Of a stretch of 64,000 nucleotides of DNA, positions 38,521 to 49,101 are shown piece by piece. The stretch is from Nitrospinota bacterium. GTDB lineage: Bacteria; UBA8248. The stretch lies in NCBI GenBank assembly GCA_046581755.1, contig JAYGFR010000031.1:5671-69670 (forward strand). The letters are read 5' to 3'. The position numbers were made by a program, and so were the translations under genes. The notes beneath the pieces are model-generated. The model had not been told where the DNA came from, made no database searches, and worked only from the letters and a program-made list of their open reading frames with translations. Position 1 is the stretch's first letter, and the number at the start of each line of letters is the position of its first letter.

Positions 38521-39390
38521 CTATTTCTTCGGCGGAATGTGGCGCACCTTCCGCTCTTTCTTGATGGGCTTGAAGGAGCGAAGATAAGCCACGATAGCGT
38601 CCAGATCCTCCGCGTGGATGTTCTGGTAGAAATGATAGGGCATCGGCGGGAACATTTTGCTCCCGTCGGCGCGATATCCGGTGAAGATGGCTGATTTGAC
38701 CTGCCACTCCGACCATTTGCCTATTCCGGTTTCCGGGTCGGGAGTGATGTTGGCCGAAACAGTCTGCCCCCACGGGCCGCGAACGACAAAACCACCCGCC
38801 CCGAGCTGGTTCTTAAAGTCGCGTCGCCCCTTCACCATCGGCGTGTGGCACTCGATACAGTGGCCGAGCGGCCCGGCGAGATAGGCGCCATATTTCAGTT
38901 TGTCCTTGCGCGAAACCTCGGGCCGGCTTCTCTTCTGACCCCATGCGGGCGGTAGCGGAATCCGGTACACCCCTCTAGGCACCTTGTTCTTTACCGGCTT
39001 CACCTGCCGAAGATAGGCGATGAACGCCCACACGTCCCGGTCGGAAATCATGGAATAGAGACCGCCGGGCATCGGGGGGCCGATGAGAGAGCCATCTGGG
39101 CGCTTCCCCGTACGAATGGCTGCAAAAATCTGATCGTCCGTCCAGTTTCCAATTCCGGTCTCTTTGTCGGGGGTGATGTTTGAGGCATAGGTGGTGAACG
39201 GAGGCTCAACCCACTTATGCCCCCCGGCAAACTCCCTGCTGGAATCGGGTTTTCCCATGAGACTGCCCGGCGTGTGGCAATTTCCGCAGGCGACAACCCC
39301 GTTCATGAGGTATTTTCCGCGCTCCAGCAGCGTCTCGGCGGATACCGCGCCGCCAAAAACCAAGGCCACCAAAATATCAGATAAACCCAA
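38521..39390 (-). CDS. Diheme c-type cytochrome, secreted
   Basis: Two CxxCH motifs (CGNCH, CIECH). It has a TTG start with an N-terminal signal peptide. Confidence 0.8.
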   Translation of the reverse strand: MGLSDILVALVFGGAVSAETLLERGKYLMNGVVACGNCHTPGSLMGKPDSSREFAGGHKWVEPPFTTYASNITPDKETGIGNWTDDQIFAAIRTGKRPDGSLIGPPMPGGLYSMISDRDVWAFIAYLRQVKPVKNKVPRGVYRIPLPPAWGQKRSRPEVSRKDKLKYGAYLAGPLGHCIECHTPMVKGRRDFKNQLGAGGFVVRGPWGQTVSANITPDPETGIGKWSEWQVKSAIFTGYRADGSKMFPPMPYHFYQNIHAEDLDAIVAYLRSFKPIKKERKVRHIPPKK

Positions 39391-39722
39391 ATTTTCCCCA
39401 TCACGGAATTCCTCTTGGATTCAGGCCCCAGCGCCCGAATCTGGCGGATGGGCACGATTCCTAGCCAATCAATCGCTAGGTAGAATTAACCATTGGGTAC
39501 GAGCAAGTCATATAAAAGAAAGTCCATGCTACTTCCTGGAAGTTTCATTTTGCAAGATGGCTGCTGGCAAGATGGCGGCCCTCTCTAAATCCACCGGGAA
39601 GAAGAATTCCGCACAAATAACCATTTGATATCTATACCGTTACATGCACTTGACAACTATGTTCGATATTTGTTTGTATTCTAAATGTATTTCTTTCGAC
39701 ACCAGATTTCGGTGGAGGTGCT

Positions 39723-41096
39723 ATGAGCAGCACTGCCACCCGGGGTGATCTCACCGGGACAATCCACACGGCCGAGGTCGAGACCATCGCCGCAGGCGGG
39801 GCCGGCGTCGCCCGCCTCGACGGGCGCGCGGTTTTCATTCCGCGCACCGTTCCCGGCGACAGGGTCAGCTTCCGCATATTAGCCGACAAGGGAAGATTCC
39901 TCCGGGGCGAATTCGAGGAGATCGCCCGCGCGGGAGCCGACCGGCGCGATCCCCCCTGCCCAGACTGGGCCGAATGCGGCGGCTGCCCTCTTCAGCAAAT
40001 GACGCCCGGCGGACAGACCGAGGCGAAGAGTCGTATATTTCTGGATGCGCTTTCGCGGATCGGCAAGATCGAAACCTTAGTCCAGCCCCAACTCCTCAAG
40101 GACACCGCCCCCGAGTTCGCCTACCGGATTCGTGCGCGGTTTCAGATCAAAGGAGATGCCATCGGTTTCTTTGCCCCGGGAACGCGAGACCTGATTCCGG
40201 TCAATTCCTGCCTCCTGACCGAGGAGCCGGTTTCGGCGGCCTTCGACGATATTAGGCAGCTTCTCCAAGAAGAGCCCGCCGCGCGCGGAATCGAATCGGT
40301 CGAGATCACTTCGCTGGACGAAGATCCGGATATGGGCGCTGGCCTTCTTATCTACCCTATCGGAACCCGGGACCGGGGAAAAGGAACCCTTTCGGGCAAG
40401 ACCCGCCAGGCCTGGAGGTCTTTCAGCCGCTCCAGCGGCCGGCCCCTCGCGGTCGCCGGAGAGCGGACGCCGGAGGAGGCTCCCCGGTGGACGGCGCGGT
40501 ATGAGTTGGACGCACCGGCGGGCAGGCCGCTTTCGCTGCGGGTCTCTCCCGAATCTTTTTTGCAGGCCAACCGCTCGGTCAACCGGCTGCTCGTTCAGGC
40601 CGTAACTACGGGGGCGGCGCTTCCCAGGGATGGACGCGCGGTGGACCTGTACTGCGGGGCGGGCAATTTTTCGATCCCGTTGGCCATGATCGCCGGGCGC
40701 GTGGTGGGCGTCGAATCCAGCCCCTTCGCCATCCGGGACGCCGAGGCGAACGCCCGCGAGGCCGGCCTGGATAACCTGCGCTTTATCCAGGGCGAATCCG
40801 GGCGGATCGAAGCGGACGAAATCCTGGATGCGCTGGGCGACGGCACGCCCGATCTGTTGCTCCTCGATCCGCCCCGGCGCGGGGCGCTCGAGACAGTCCC
40901 GCTCATACTGAGGTTGATGCCCGGGCAAATCATCTACGTCTCGTGCAATCCCGCCACGTTTGCCCGCGACGCACGGGATCTCACCGAAGGAGGCTACCGC
41001 ATGGAGACGGCGCTGATCGCCCCCATGTTTCCCAATACCGCCCACGTCGAGTCCGTCACCTGGTGGAAGCGCGAGAACGCTCCCGCCCCTGGTTAA
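39723..41096 (+). CDS. rlmD: 23S rRNA (uracil-C5)-methyltransferase RlmD/RumA family (TRAM domain plus SAM-dependent methyltransferase)
   Basis: 457 aa with an N-terminal TRAM domain, a 4-Cys cluster (…CPDWAECGGCPLQ…) and a C-terminal SAM-MTase domain with a catalytic Cys (…VSCNPAT…). Confidence 0.8.
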   Translation: MSSTATRGDLTGTIHTAEVETIAAGGAGVARLDGRAVFIPRTVPGDRVSFRILADKGRFLRGEFEEIARAGADRRDPPCPDWAECGGCPLQQMTPGGQTEAKSRIFLDALSRIGKIETLVQPQLLKDTAPEFAYRIRARFQIKGDAIGFFAPGTRDLIPVNSCLLTEEPVSAAFDDIRQLLQEEPAARGIESVEITSLDEDPDMGAGLLIYPIGTRDRGKGTLSGKTRQAWRSFSRSSGRPLAVAGERTPEEAPRWTARYELDAPAGRPLSLRVSPESFLQANRSVNRLLVQAVTTGAALPRDGRAVDLYCGAGNFSIPLAMIAGRVVGVESSPFAIRDAEANAREAGLDNLRFIQGESGRIEADEILDALGDGTPDLLLLDPPRRGALETVPLILRLMPGQIIYVSCNPATFARDARDLTEGGYRMETALIAPMFPNTAHVESVTWWKRENAPAPG

Positions 41097-41120
41097 GGAT
41101 CGTCCCAAGGAGAGAAGGCC

Positions 41121-41734
41121 ATGTTTTTGACCCGCAGGCAACGCGAAATCTTTGAATTCATCCAGGAGTTCATCCGGGAAAAGGATACGCTCCAAGCATC
41201 GCGGAGATCGGAGCCCACTTCAAACTCTCCTCCCCGGCCACCGTGCACAAGCATCTTCAAAACCTCTCGCAAAAAGGCCTCATCAAGCGCAGCTGGAACC
41301 GATCCCGCGCGATCGAACTCATACCCGGCGCGGACACGGTGGGCAAAGAGGCCGGCGCCCCTGTCGAGCTTCCCCTGCGCGGGATAATCGCCGCGGGCGT
41401 TCCGCTCGAGGCCGTCCAGGACAACGAAACCATCCCCCTTCCCTGGTCCTCGAGCGACAACAACCTCTATGTCCTCAAGGTCAAGGGCAACTCCATGGTT
41501 GAGGATCATATTCAGGACGGCGATTACGTCATCGTCGAGCAGCGCGAAACCGCCCAAAATGGCGAGACCGTCGTCGCCCTGCTGGAGGGTGAAAACGCCA
41601 CCCTGAAACGGTACTACCGGGAGGGGGACCGGGTCCGCCTCCAGCCGGCAAACGCATCGATGAACCCGATCCTGGTGAACGAGGGCGACCTCCGCATCCA
41701 GGGCGTGGTCGTGGGCGTTCTCAGAAAGTACTAA
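41121..41734 (+). CDS. lexA: LexA repressor, with an apparent -1 frameshift in an A-run at 41179-41182
   Basis: Frame 1 gives MFLTRRQREIFEFIQEFIRE. A shifted frame continues GKGYAPSIAEIGAHFKLSSPATVHKHLQNLSQKGLIKR… and then the S24 peptidase domain (…KVKGNSM…). One extra A would restore an intact lexA. Confidence 0.75.
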
Positions 41735-41776
41735 GCGACTGCTCCCGCTCCTCCGAAAGCCGCCCGGGAGCCCAGA

Positions 41777-43030
41777 GTGAACCTCGAACGCCATCCACCC
41801 CCCGTGGGGCCCGCTTCGCGCGTCATCGCCCATGTGGACATGGACGCCTTTTTCGTCGCGGTCGAACGGCGGGACAACCCCGCCTTGGCGGGAAAACCCG
41901 TCATCGTCGGCGGCAGTGTGGGAAACCGCGGCGTGGTGTCGGCAGCCTCCTACGAAGCCCGGCGGTTCGGTGTCCATTCGGCCATGCCGATGATCCAGGC
42001 GCGCCGGCTGTGTCCCGGCGCTGTTTACATTCCCGCCAGCCATTCGAAATACGCCGCCGCCTCCAGGCAGGTGATGGGCCTTCTGCGGACCTTCTCTCCC
42101 GCGCTCCAAGTCATGTCGGTCGATGAGGCCTATCTCGACCTCACCGGAACCGAACGCCTCCACGGCCTGGCCTTTGCCGCCGCGGTGCAAATCCGGGCCG
42201 CGATCATGGACGAACTCGAATTTTCGGCCTCGGTGGGCATCGCATCGAACCGACTCATGGCCAAGGTCGCCTCGGAGCTGTCCAAACCCGCCGGAATTCT
42301 TCACATCTATCCGGGCCAGGAGGCGGCAATCCTCGCCCCGCTTTCGCCCGGCGCCCTCCCCGGCGTGGGGATGGTCACCGCTGCCCGCCTGCGCGGGATG
42401 GGAATCCGGACGATCGGCGACATCGCACGGCTACCGCTATCGGTGCTGGAGGCGAACTTCAAAAGCTGGGGCACCGAACTCTACCGCAAGGCGCGGGGGG
42501 AGTACGGCTCCGACCTTGTGCTGGACAGCGCGCCCAAGAGCGTCGGAAAAGAAACCACCTTCGGCGAGGACGAAGGCGACCCGAACCGCCTCGAAGCCGT
42601 CCTCTCCCGCCTGGCCGGGGAGGCTGCTTCGCGCCTGCGGCGGAAAAAATTGGAAGCCAGGAGCATCACCCTCAAGATTCGCTTCGAGGATTTTGCAACG
42701 AACACCCTGGCCGCCCCGCTAAACCCGGCCACGGCAATCGCCCGCCCCATATTCGAGGCGGCGCGGGGGCTCCTCCGGCGGGCGCTCGATGAAAAATCCG
42801 GAGGCCGCAAGATCCGCCTCGTCGGAGTGTATCTCGGGGGGCTGGAGTCCCCCGGCATTCAGCCCCGCCTGATAGACGAAGAATCCCGCCGGCGGGAAGT
42901 GCGGCTGACCGAAACTGTAGACTCTCTGCGCGAGCGTTTCGGAGAAGACGCACTCGTCTCGGGAACCTCGCTGGAGCATATGAAGCGGCCCGAGACCGGC
43001 GGAGGCCAGACGGAAGAAATCCCCTTCTGA
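41777..43030 (+). CDS. dinB: DNA polymerase IV
   Basis: 417 aa with N-terminal …IAHVDMDAFFVAVE… and other Y-family polymerase motifs. It lies immediately downstream of lexA. Confidence 0.9.
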   Translation: MNLERHPPPVGPASRVIAHVDMDAFFVAVERRDNPALAGKPVIVGGSVGNRGVVSAASYEARRFGVHSAMPMIQARRLCPGAVYIPASHSKYAAASRQVMGLLRTFSPALQVMSVDEAYLDLTGTERLHGLAFAAAVQIRAAIMDELEFSASVGIASNRLMAKVASELSKPAGILHIYPGQEAAILAPLSPGALPGVGMVTAARLRGMGIRTIGDIARLPLSVLEANFKSWGTELYRKARGEYGSDLVLDSAPKSVGKETTFGEDEGDPNRLEAVLSRLAGEAASRLRRKKLEARSITLKIRFEDFATNTLAAPLNPATAIARPIFEAARGLLRRALDEKSGGRKIRLVGVYLGGLESPGIQPRLIDEESRRREVRLTETVDSLRERFGEDALVSGTSLEHMKRPETGGGQTEEIPF

Positions 43031-43290
43031 CGAAAACCGGCCAGGCGCGGAATACGGGCACGCCAACCGGGCCAAGGGCCGGAGCCGGTCGCCACCTGAA
43101 ACAAGGTGAAACCAATCCCCCGCAAATTCCCTCAAACCCCGGAAAATATTCCCCGCCGGACGCAATCCTCCTGTCCGCCGGCGTTCCTCCCGCCAACGCG
43201 TTAAACATACATCCATTCGACGAATGGCCTGCTACAGGAAATTCGCGGAAATGCGGGGTTCCGGTTCGTATGCCGCCCCAACCTTTCGGC

Positions 43291-44199
43291 TCAAACAGAC
43301 AAAATTACCACCATCGTTCCGGCCACCGTCATGCCCGCGCCCCCAACCAGGCGCCAGGTGATATTTTCGGCCTCGCGCACAAATATATGGGCCACGATGA
43401 GGGCAAGAAGCGGCTGAAGGGCGGTAATCGAAGATGCGTTCACCGCATATGTATAGTGGACGGCGCTGAAAAAAGAGGGCACCGCCACCGTCTGGCAGCA
43501 GGCGGCCGCGCCGATCCACGGCCAACTGGCCCTTGGCACCCATCTTCCGGCCTCGGCTTTCGAGCCCGCCAGGGCGATCAACCAGGTGAACGGCACCCCG
43601 GCCCAGATGACCATGGCCGCCGCCGCGAGCGGAGGCACATCCGAGGCCACTACCTTCATGGTTACGCCGGATATGCTCCATATAAAGACAGTGACTCCGG
43701 CCGCGGCCCACCCGAGCAAACGGGCGGTCGGGGCGGACGGAAGGTTGGCGTCCTGGGAGGGCTCAGCCCTGACGGCGGCGGTCAAACCGCCGGCGAGAAG
43801 GACCAAGCCGAACAACATTTGCTGGGTAACCGGCTCGTTCACCCAGGCCGATGCGATAAAGGCGGTGATGATCGGGGTGCTCGTCGCGACCGGAAGGGCA
43901 CGGCTGGGCCCGATCCGGCGGATGGCGAAATAATAGGTGAGCCTCCCTGCGCCCACCATGAACAGCCCAAGCGCCGCCATGAAATAAATCGTCTCGCTCC
44001 GCGAGGGCTGAAAAGCCGAAAGCGGCATAATGGAAAAGGCCACCGGGATCATCAACAACCCGTTGACTGACGATATCGTCGCCGTGGTCCGGAGAAGGGG
44101 AGCGTCCCGCAACGCCATGCGGATCGAAAATGACAGCGCGGTCCATGCGAATAACGCCACCCCCGCAAAAATCATTCCCAGAGTGTGTGTGGTTTCCAT
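43291..44199 (-). CDS. EamA/DMT-family transporter
   Basis: 302 aa with 10 TM segments and duplicated EamA-domain composition. Confidence 0.75.
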   Translation of the reverse strand: METTHTLGMIFAGVALFAWTALSFSIRMALRDAPLLRTTATISSVNGLLMIPVAFSIMPLSAFQPSRSETIYFMAALGLFMVGAGRLTYYFAIRRIGPSRALPVATSTPIITAFIASAWVNEPVTQQMLFGLVLLAGGLTAAVRAEPSQDANLPSAPTARLLGWAAAGVTVFIWSISGVTMKVVASDVPPLAAAAMVIWAGVPFTWLIALAGSKAEAGRWVPRASWPWIGAAACCQTVAVPSFFSAVHYTYAVNASSITALQPLLALIVAHIFVREAENITWRLVGGAGMTVAGTMVVILSV

Positions 44200-44311
44200 T
44201 TAGACGATATCGGCCTTTCGGTGGAGCGGAATAAAGCTGGGGGAGTTACAGGTGGCGTGCTGGAGCCAGCCATTCACATCGGGCGTGGGGGGGGCGCCGA
44301 CCTTCGTCATC

Positions 44312-45493
44312 TCAGCCGCCCTCCATAGCGGTCAGTACTCTCGATACAAAGCCCAGCAGGCGAATGCCCTCTAAATAACGGCCCCATCTGGTCCCCCCAC
44401 CGGGGTCCACATGGCTCATGCTTTCAGCCACCATCAGATGGACGCCACCGGCTCCCGGACCTCTCCGCCGGGCCTCGGCCGCCAGGCGAACGCTCTCCGA
44501 TGGCGGCACAAAGGGATCCGAACGGCCATGAAGCAAAAACATCGACATCCGGGTCTTCGGAAGCGCCGCGCGAAGCGACCACTCTTCGAGCATCGCCCGC
44601 ATCGGACCGGATTGAGCGCCGAAAAGTGCCTCGAAACGGCGCGGATCGCGATTTTCGATCAGCGCGAGCAGCCGTCTAAACCTCTCGGGCAAGCGGCCTA
44701 CGGAAGTCGATACATCGGCGCTTTCGTCGGCGATCTTCGCCCGGACAATCCGTTCCAATTCGATTCGGTAGGCTCCAATTCCGAGTATCCCCATGTTGTA
44801 CCGGAGAAACAGCCATTTTCCCACCCGGACAGGGGGGCCGCCCGGAAACGCGGGCTCTGCATCCCGCCCCCCGGTCGTCAGATGGCGAAGCACCGCCTTC
44901 AGGTCATAGTACGCGCCCAGGCCGATGAAATATCCGGTCCGCCCTTTTAGTCTTGATCGAGAGGCGGCCATCATCGCGGGCCCGGCGGCGAACGAGAAGG
45001 CGAACAACCCGCAGGCGGTTCCGGGCCGGGAGAATTTTTGGTCCATCCATAAAAAACTTTTCGAGATTCGCCCGGCATCTTCCCGGTCCGCGCGAAATTG
45101 GCGCATTCCCGGAAGCTCGGGCACACCAACCGCGAAGCCCAGGCGGGCCAGGTTCCGGGCGAACGCTGCCAGCCGGGGATCCCGCCTTCCCAGGTCGGTC
45201 ATCCCGTGGGCGAGCAGGATGCATCCCCGGACGGCTCCGGGGGGTTCCGGCCCTCCGCCCGGGAGGTAGAGATCGACCCTGAGGCCTTCAAAATCAGCCG
45301 GTAGGCGGCGAGGCGGGGATGTCCACCTCTTGAGCCAGGCGACATCCTCCCCGGCGAATAGCGCCTGCAAGAGAAAGGCCGCGTCCACCGGATGGCGGGC
45401 GGGCGGATAATACCGGGGGACAATGAGGAGAAGAGCGAGCGCAACCAGGCCCAGGCACAGGCGGCGCGGCCATCTCGGGGTGCTCTGGGGCAT
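44312..45493 (-). CDS. Membrane-anchored alpha/beta-hydrolase-like hypothetical protein
   Basis: 393 aa with an N-terminal TM segment and hydrolase-like blocks (…ILLAHGMTD…LHGRSDPFV…). Confidence 0.4.
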   Translation of the reverse strand: MPQSTPRWPRRLCLGLVALALLLIVPRYYPPARHPVDAAFLLQALFAGEDVAWLKRWTSPPRRLPADFEGLRVDLYLPGGGPEPPGAVRGCILLAHGMTDLGRRDPRLAAFARNLARLGFAVGVPELPGMRQFRADREDAGRISKSFLWMDQKFSRPGTACGLFAFSFAAGPAMMAASRSRLKGRTGYFIGLGAYYDLKAVLRHLTTGGRDAEPAFPGGPPVRVGKWLFLRYNMGILGIGAYRIELERIVRAKIADESADVSTSVGRLPERFRRLLALIENRDPRRFEALFGAQSGPMRAMLEEWSLRAALPKTRMSMFLLHGRSDPFVPPSESVRLAAEARRRGPGAGGVHLMVAESMSHVDPGGGTRWGRYLEGIRLLGFVSRVLTAMEGG

Positions 45494-48379
45494 CTACACG
45501 GCCTGTTGCTGTTCCAGATAGGCTTTGAGGTAGGCCCCCGTGTGGGATTTTTTCGATTTCGCCACCTCCTCGGGCGTTCCCTCAGCCACGATGCGGCCTC
45601 CTCCTTCGCCGCCCTCGGGACCCAGATCGATAATCCAGTCCGCCGCGCGGATGACATCGAGGTGATGCTCTATCACCAACACCGTATTCCCCAGCGCAAC
45701 GAGGCGGAAAAGAACCTCCAGGAGACGCTCGACATCCTGAAAATGCAAACCCGTGGTCGGCTCGTCCATGATGTAAAGGACGTTTCGCGGCGGCTTGGTG
45801 ATCAGCTGGCCCGCGATTTTGAGGCGTTGGGCCTCGCCGCCCGACAGGGTGTTGACCGGCTGCCCGATCCGCAAATAGGCCAGGCCCACCTCGCGCAGGA
45901 CGAAAAGCTTGTTCACGATCGAGGGAACATGATCGAAGAAGAGGATTCCCTCGTCCACGGTCAGGTTGAGGACTTCGTGAATGTTCAAACCTTTGAAGCG
46001 AACCTCCAGCGTCTGGGTCTTGAAGCGCTTCCCCTCGCACTCGGGGCAACGGACGAAGATGTCCGCCATGAAATGCATCTCAATCTTCTGGTGTCCGCTT
46101 CCGCTGCAGGCCTCGCACCGCCCGCCGGTCGAGTTGAAGGAAAAATGACCGGGGCCGAAACCGAAGCTCCGTGCCCTCTGCGTATCGGCGAATTGGCGGC
46201 GAATTGGATCGTAGGCTTTGATATAGGTGACGGGGTTGCTCCGGGGACTCTTCCCAATGGGGCTCTGGTCGAGAAGGACGGTGGAGGTGATATTTTCGAA
46301 GCCATGAATCTGCTTGAAGCGTCCGATGGGGGTTTTTGAATCGTGGAGGATGCGCGCTAGCACCGGATACAAGGTGTCGTGGATCAGGGTGCTCTTCCCC
46401 GAGCCCGACACGCCCGTAATGGCGACGAATTTTCCCAAGGGTATATGGAGGTCCACGTTTTTCAGGTTGTTTTCGCTGGCCCCGATGAGAGAGAGGCGCT
46501 GGCCGTCCCCGCCCGCCTGCTCGCGGGGCCGCCGGGGCTTGATTTGGCGGGTGTTTGCCATGAATTTCGCAGTCAAGGAATCCTCGCTGGCGGCGAGGTT
46601 TTCGAGCGAGCCGGAGTACACCACCTCTCCGCCGCGTTCGCCCGCTCCGGGCCCGAGATCCACCACATAATCCGCCTCCGAAATAATGTCCCGGTCATGC
46701 TCGACTAGGAGGAGCGTATTTCCGCGCTCGACGAGACCTTTGAGAATTTCGATGAGCCTGCTGTTGTCCCGCGGATGGAGCCCGATGGTCGGCTCATCCA
46801 GGATATACAGCGTTCCCGTCAGGTGGGCGCCTAGCTGTTTGGCCAGGCTGATCCGCTGGTGCTCGCCCCCGCTGAGGGTGCGCGTCTCGCGGTCGAGGGT
46901 GAGGTAGTCCAGCCCGACGTGGTGGAGAAATTCCAGTCGCTCCTCAACCTGCCTTAAAATATCGGCCGCCCGGTCCGCCTGATCCGGGGGCATTTCCGCA
47001 TCGCGGAAAAACGCTCGTAGCTTCGAGACCGGCAGGGCGCAGATCTCGGCGATGTTCCGCCCCGCCAGCCGGACCCAAAGGGCCTCGGGCCGGAGGCGCG
47101 TCCCGCCGCAGACGGCGCAATTTTGGAGGCTCTGATAACGGCGGATGAACACTCGGACCCATATCTTGTATTTCTTCCGCCGGAGGCGTTCGAAAAACGG
47201 ATAGATCCCAAGCAGGTGCTTCGATCCCTGGAGGACCATTTTTTTATGCTTTTTCGGCAAAACGGCCCAGGGCCGATGGATATCGAGTCCTTCCTCCTCG
47301 GCGGCCGCCTGAAGCTGTTGGCCAAAATAGCGCCGGTAGCGGGGCCGTGTCCAGGGATCGATTGCACCCTGGGCGAGCGTCCGGTCCGGCTTCGGGATGA
47401 TGAGGGATTCGTCGAAATTGAGCGTGTTCCCGAACCCCCCGCACTCGACGCAAGCGCCATGCGGATTGTTGAAGCTGAAGCTCGGCGGGATGGGAGGCTC
47501 GAATATCCTTCCGCAGCACTCCAGGCGCTCGTTGAAGGAGCGCATCGGGCCATCCACCACCTGGACCACGGCGTTCCTCTCCCCCTCCCGAAAGGCGGTC
47601 TCGATCGATTCACCTAGCCGGGCGCGGGATTTTTCCGAAAAAACCAGCCGGTCCACCACAATATAGATCGGCACCGCAATCGATCCGTTTTCCTCTGCCT
47701 TTTTCCCGGGAACGGCTTTTTTCTTTCCCCGTGTTTTTTCCTTGGGCTTGGGCGGGGGCTTTTTTTGAGACTCGGGGGCGGGGACAGCGATTTTTCTGAT
47801 CCGGTCCGCGAGGCCGGGCTCCAGGTTATGGACCTCTCCCTCCACCATGGCGCGGATGAAGCCTTGGGCCGTCAGGCTGGAAAAGCGATCTTCCAGGTCG
47901 CCGAGCAAGGCCAATGGGAGCGGAAACATCACAAATCCCCGCGAATCCGGAAAATTATCGAGTATGTGTGCCACGGTATTGTCCACCGTAGAGGGCCGGA
48001 CAGGCTTTCCGCAATCGGGGCAGTGAATTTTTCCGGCCTTGGCGAACAGGAGGCGAACATAATCGTATATTTCCGAGGCTGTCCCGACGGTGGAGCGTGA
48101 ATGCTTTACGGGATTGTATTGCTGGATGGCGATGGCCGGGCTGATTCCCTCGATCAAGTCTACGTCGGGCTTGTCCATCCGCTCCAAAAACTGCCGCGCG
48201 TAGGTCGAAAGGGATTCGACGTAGCGGCGGTGCCCTTCGGCATAGATGGTATCGAAGGCCAGGGAGGATTTTCCCGAACCGCTGGGACCGGTCACGACGA
48301 TAAACTGCTCGCGGGGAAGACGGAGGGAGATGTTCTTGAGGTTATGCTCCCGCGCTCCCTCGATAATGATGTCTTCCAT
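45494..48379 (-). CDS. uvrA: Excinuclease ABC subunit A
   Basis: 961 aa with two ABC ATPase modules, zinc-finger Cys clusters and the canonical N-terminus [22 protein letters not shown]. It contains a roughly 30-aa Lys/Pro-rich low-complexity insertion. Confidence 0.95.
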   Translation of the reverse strand: MEDIIIEGAREHNLKNISLRLPREQFIVVTGPSGSGKSSLAFDTIYAEGHRRYVESLSTYARQFLERMDKPDVDLIEGISPAIAIQQYNPVKHSRSTVGTASEIYDYVRLLFAKAGKIHCPDCGKPVRPSTVDNTVAHILDNFPDSRGFVMFPLPLALLGDLEDRFSSLTAQGFIRAMVEGEVHNLEPGLADRIRKIAVPAPESQKKPPPKPKEKTRGKKKAVPGKKAEENGSIAVPIYIVVDRLVFSEKSRARLGESIETAFREGERNAVVQVVDGPMRSFNERLECCGRIFEPPIPPSFSFNNPHGACVECGGFGNTLNFDESLIIPKPDRTLAQGAIDPWTRPRYRRYFGQQLQAAAEEEGLDIHRPWAVLPKKHKKMVLQGSKHLLGIYPFFERLRRKKYKIWVRVFIRRYQSLQNCAVCGGTRLRPEALWVRLAGRNIAEICALPVSKLRAFFRDAEMPPDQADRAADILRQVEERLEFLHHVGLDYLTLDRETRTLSGGEHQRISLAKQLGAHLTGTLYILDEPTIGLHPRDNSRLIEILKGLVERGNTLLLVEHDRDIISEADYVVDLGPGAGERGGEVVYSGSLENLAASEDSLTAKFMANTRQIKPRRPREQAGGDGQRLSLIGASENNLKNVDLHIPLGKFVAITGVSGSGKSTLIHDTLYPVLARILHDSKTPIGRFKQIHGFENITSTVLLDQSPIGKSPRSNPVTYIKAYDPIRRQFADTQRARSFGFGPGHFSFNSTGGRCEACSGSGHQKIEMHFMADIFVRCPECEGKRFKTQTLEVRFKGLNIHEVLNLTVDEGILFFDHVPSIVNKLFVLREVGLAYLRIGQPVNTLSGGEAQRLKIAGQLITKPPRNVLYIMDEPTTGLHFQDVERLLEVLFRLVALGNTVLVIEHHLDVIRAADWIIDLGPEGGEGGGRIVAEGTPEEVAKSKKSHTGAYLKAYLEQQQAV

Positions 48380-48516
48380 GCCAGATAATCCCGAATCGAT
48401 CAGAGCGTTTGATGTAGGACCGCAGAGTAACCCTACAAGTATGGTCGGGTGGGTTCTTCGGTGTCAACGGTAGGGCTATGGTATATTGAGGCGGCCATAA
48501 AGGAGGGATTCGGCGA

Positions 48517-48720
48517 ATGCAAAAGCGCATTGCCGCGTGTTTCGGCATCCTTGCAGCAGCCGCCGCCCTGGCGGGATGCGGAACCCGCTACGAGCGCTTC
48601 ATCTCATCGCGTCCCGGCGGCGGGATCGTCCGGATTATCGCCAAGCCAAGCCAGATCGTATTTCCGGCAGCGCTCCGGGTCATGCACGACACAGGGGAGG
48701 AAATCTGGGAGGCCGATTAA
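48517..48720 (+). CDS. Small lipoprotein (hypothetical)
   Basis: A signal peptide with a lipobox (…AALAGC…). It ends at TAA 48718-48720. Confidence 0.4.
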   Translation: MQKRIAACFGILAAAAALAGCGTRYERFISSRPGGGIVRIIAKPSQIVFPAALRVMHDTGEEIWEAD

Positions 48721-49101
48721 AAGGCCGGCCGGATCGTCTCTATCAGCGCCCTCGGCCCGCGGGCCGTTTTTTTCACCCCCCTTTCCCATGGCAGGACCCG
48801 GGTCGAAATCTCCTCCGACCTACCCAGTTCCTTCTTCAGAGGGGGTATCGTCGGGCCAGGCAATTTTTTTATTTTGCTGCGAGAACAGATCGTCGCCTAA
48901 GAGAAGAAGGCGGGATTCAGAAAATCAGAACTCAAAAAAAGAAAAGTCGATGCCGACCTTCGAACGAAATTCAAGCAGAAAGTAACTCCCGAGGAAGAGC
49001 GCCCTCCGGCCGCGGAGCCGGCGCCCCCGCCCGCGCCGCCGGGCCGGTTTCAAAGGTTCCGGAGAAGATACAACTAGCCTCCCCGCCCGGCCGGTGAAAT
49101 C

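Noticed and set aside
45494-48379. Lys/Pro-rich roughly 30-aa insertion in UvrA (…[32 protein letters not shown]…) as a possible inserted element.
   Set aside because: It is in-frame, and the flanks align as contiguous UvrA. Low-complexity linker insertions occur in UvrA of several lineages. It is not a mobile element.
48517-48900. Possible read-through of the TAA ending the small lipoprotein gene. The same frame stays open for 59 more codons with beta-strand-like sequence (KAGRIVSISALGPRAVFFTPLSHGRTRVEISS…).
   Set aside because: It is a TAA, not a TGA, so Sec is excluded. Open frames of this length occur by chance in this GC range. Without a homolog alignment I cannot distinguish an authentic stop from a substitution error.
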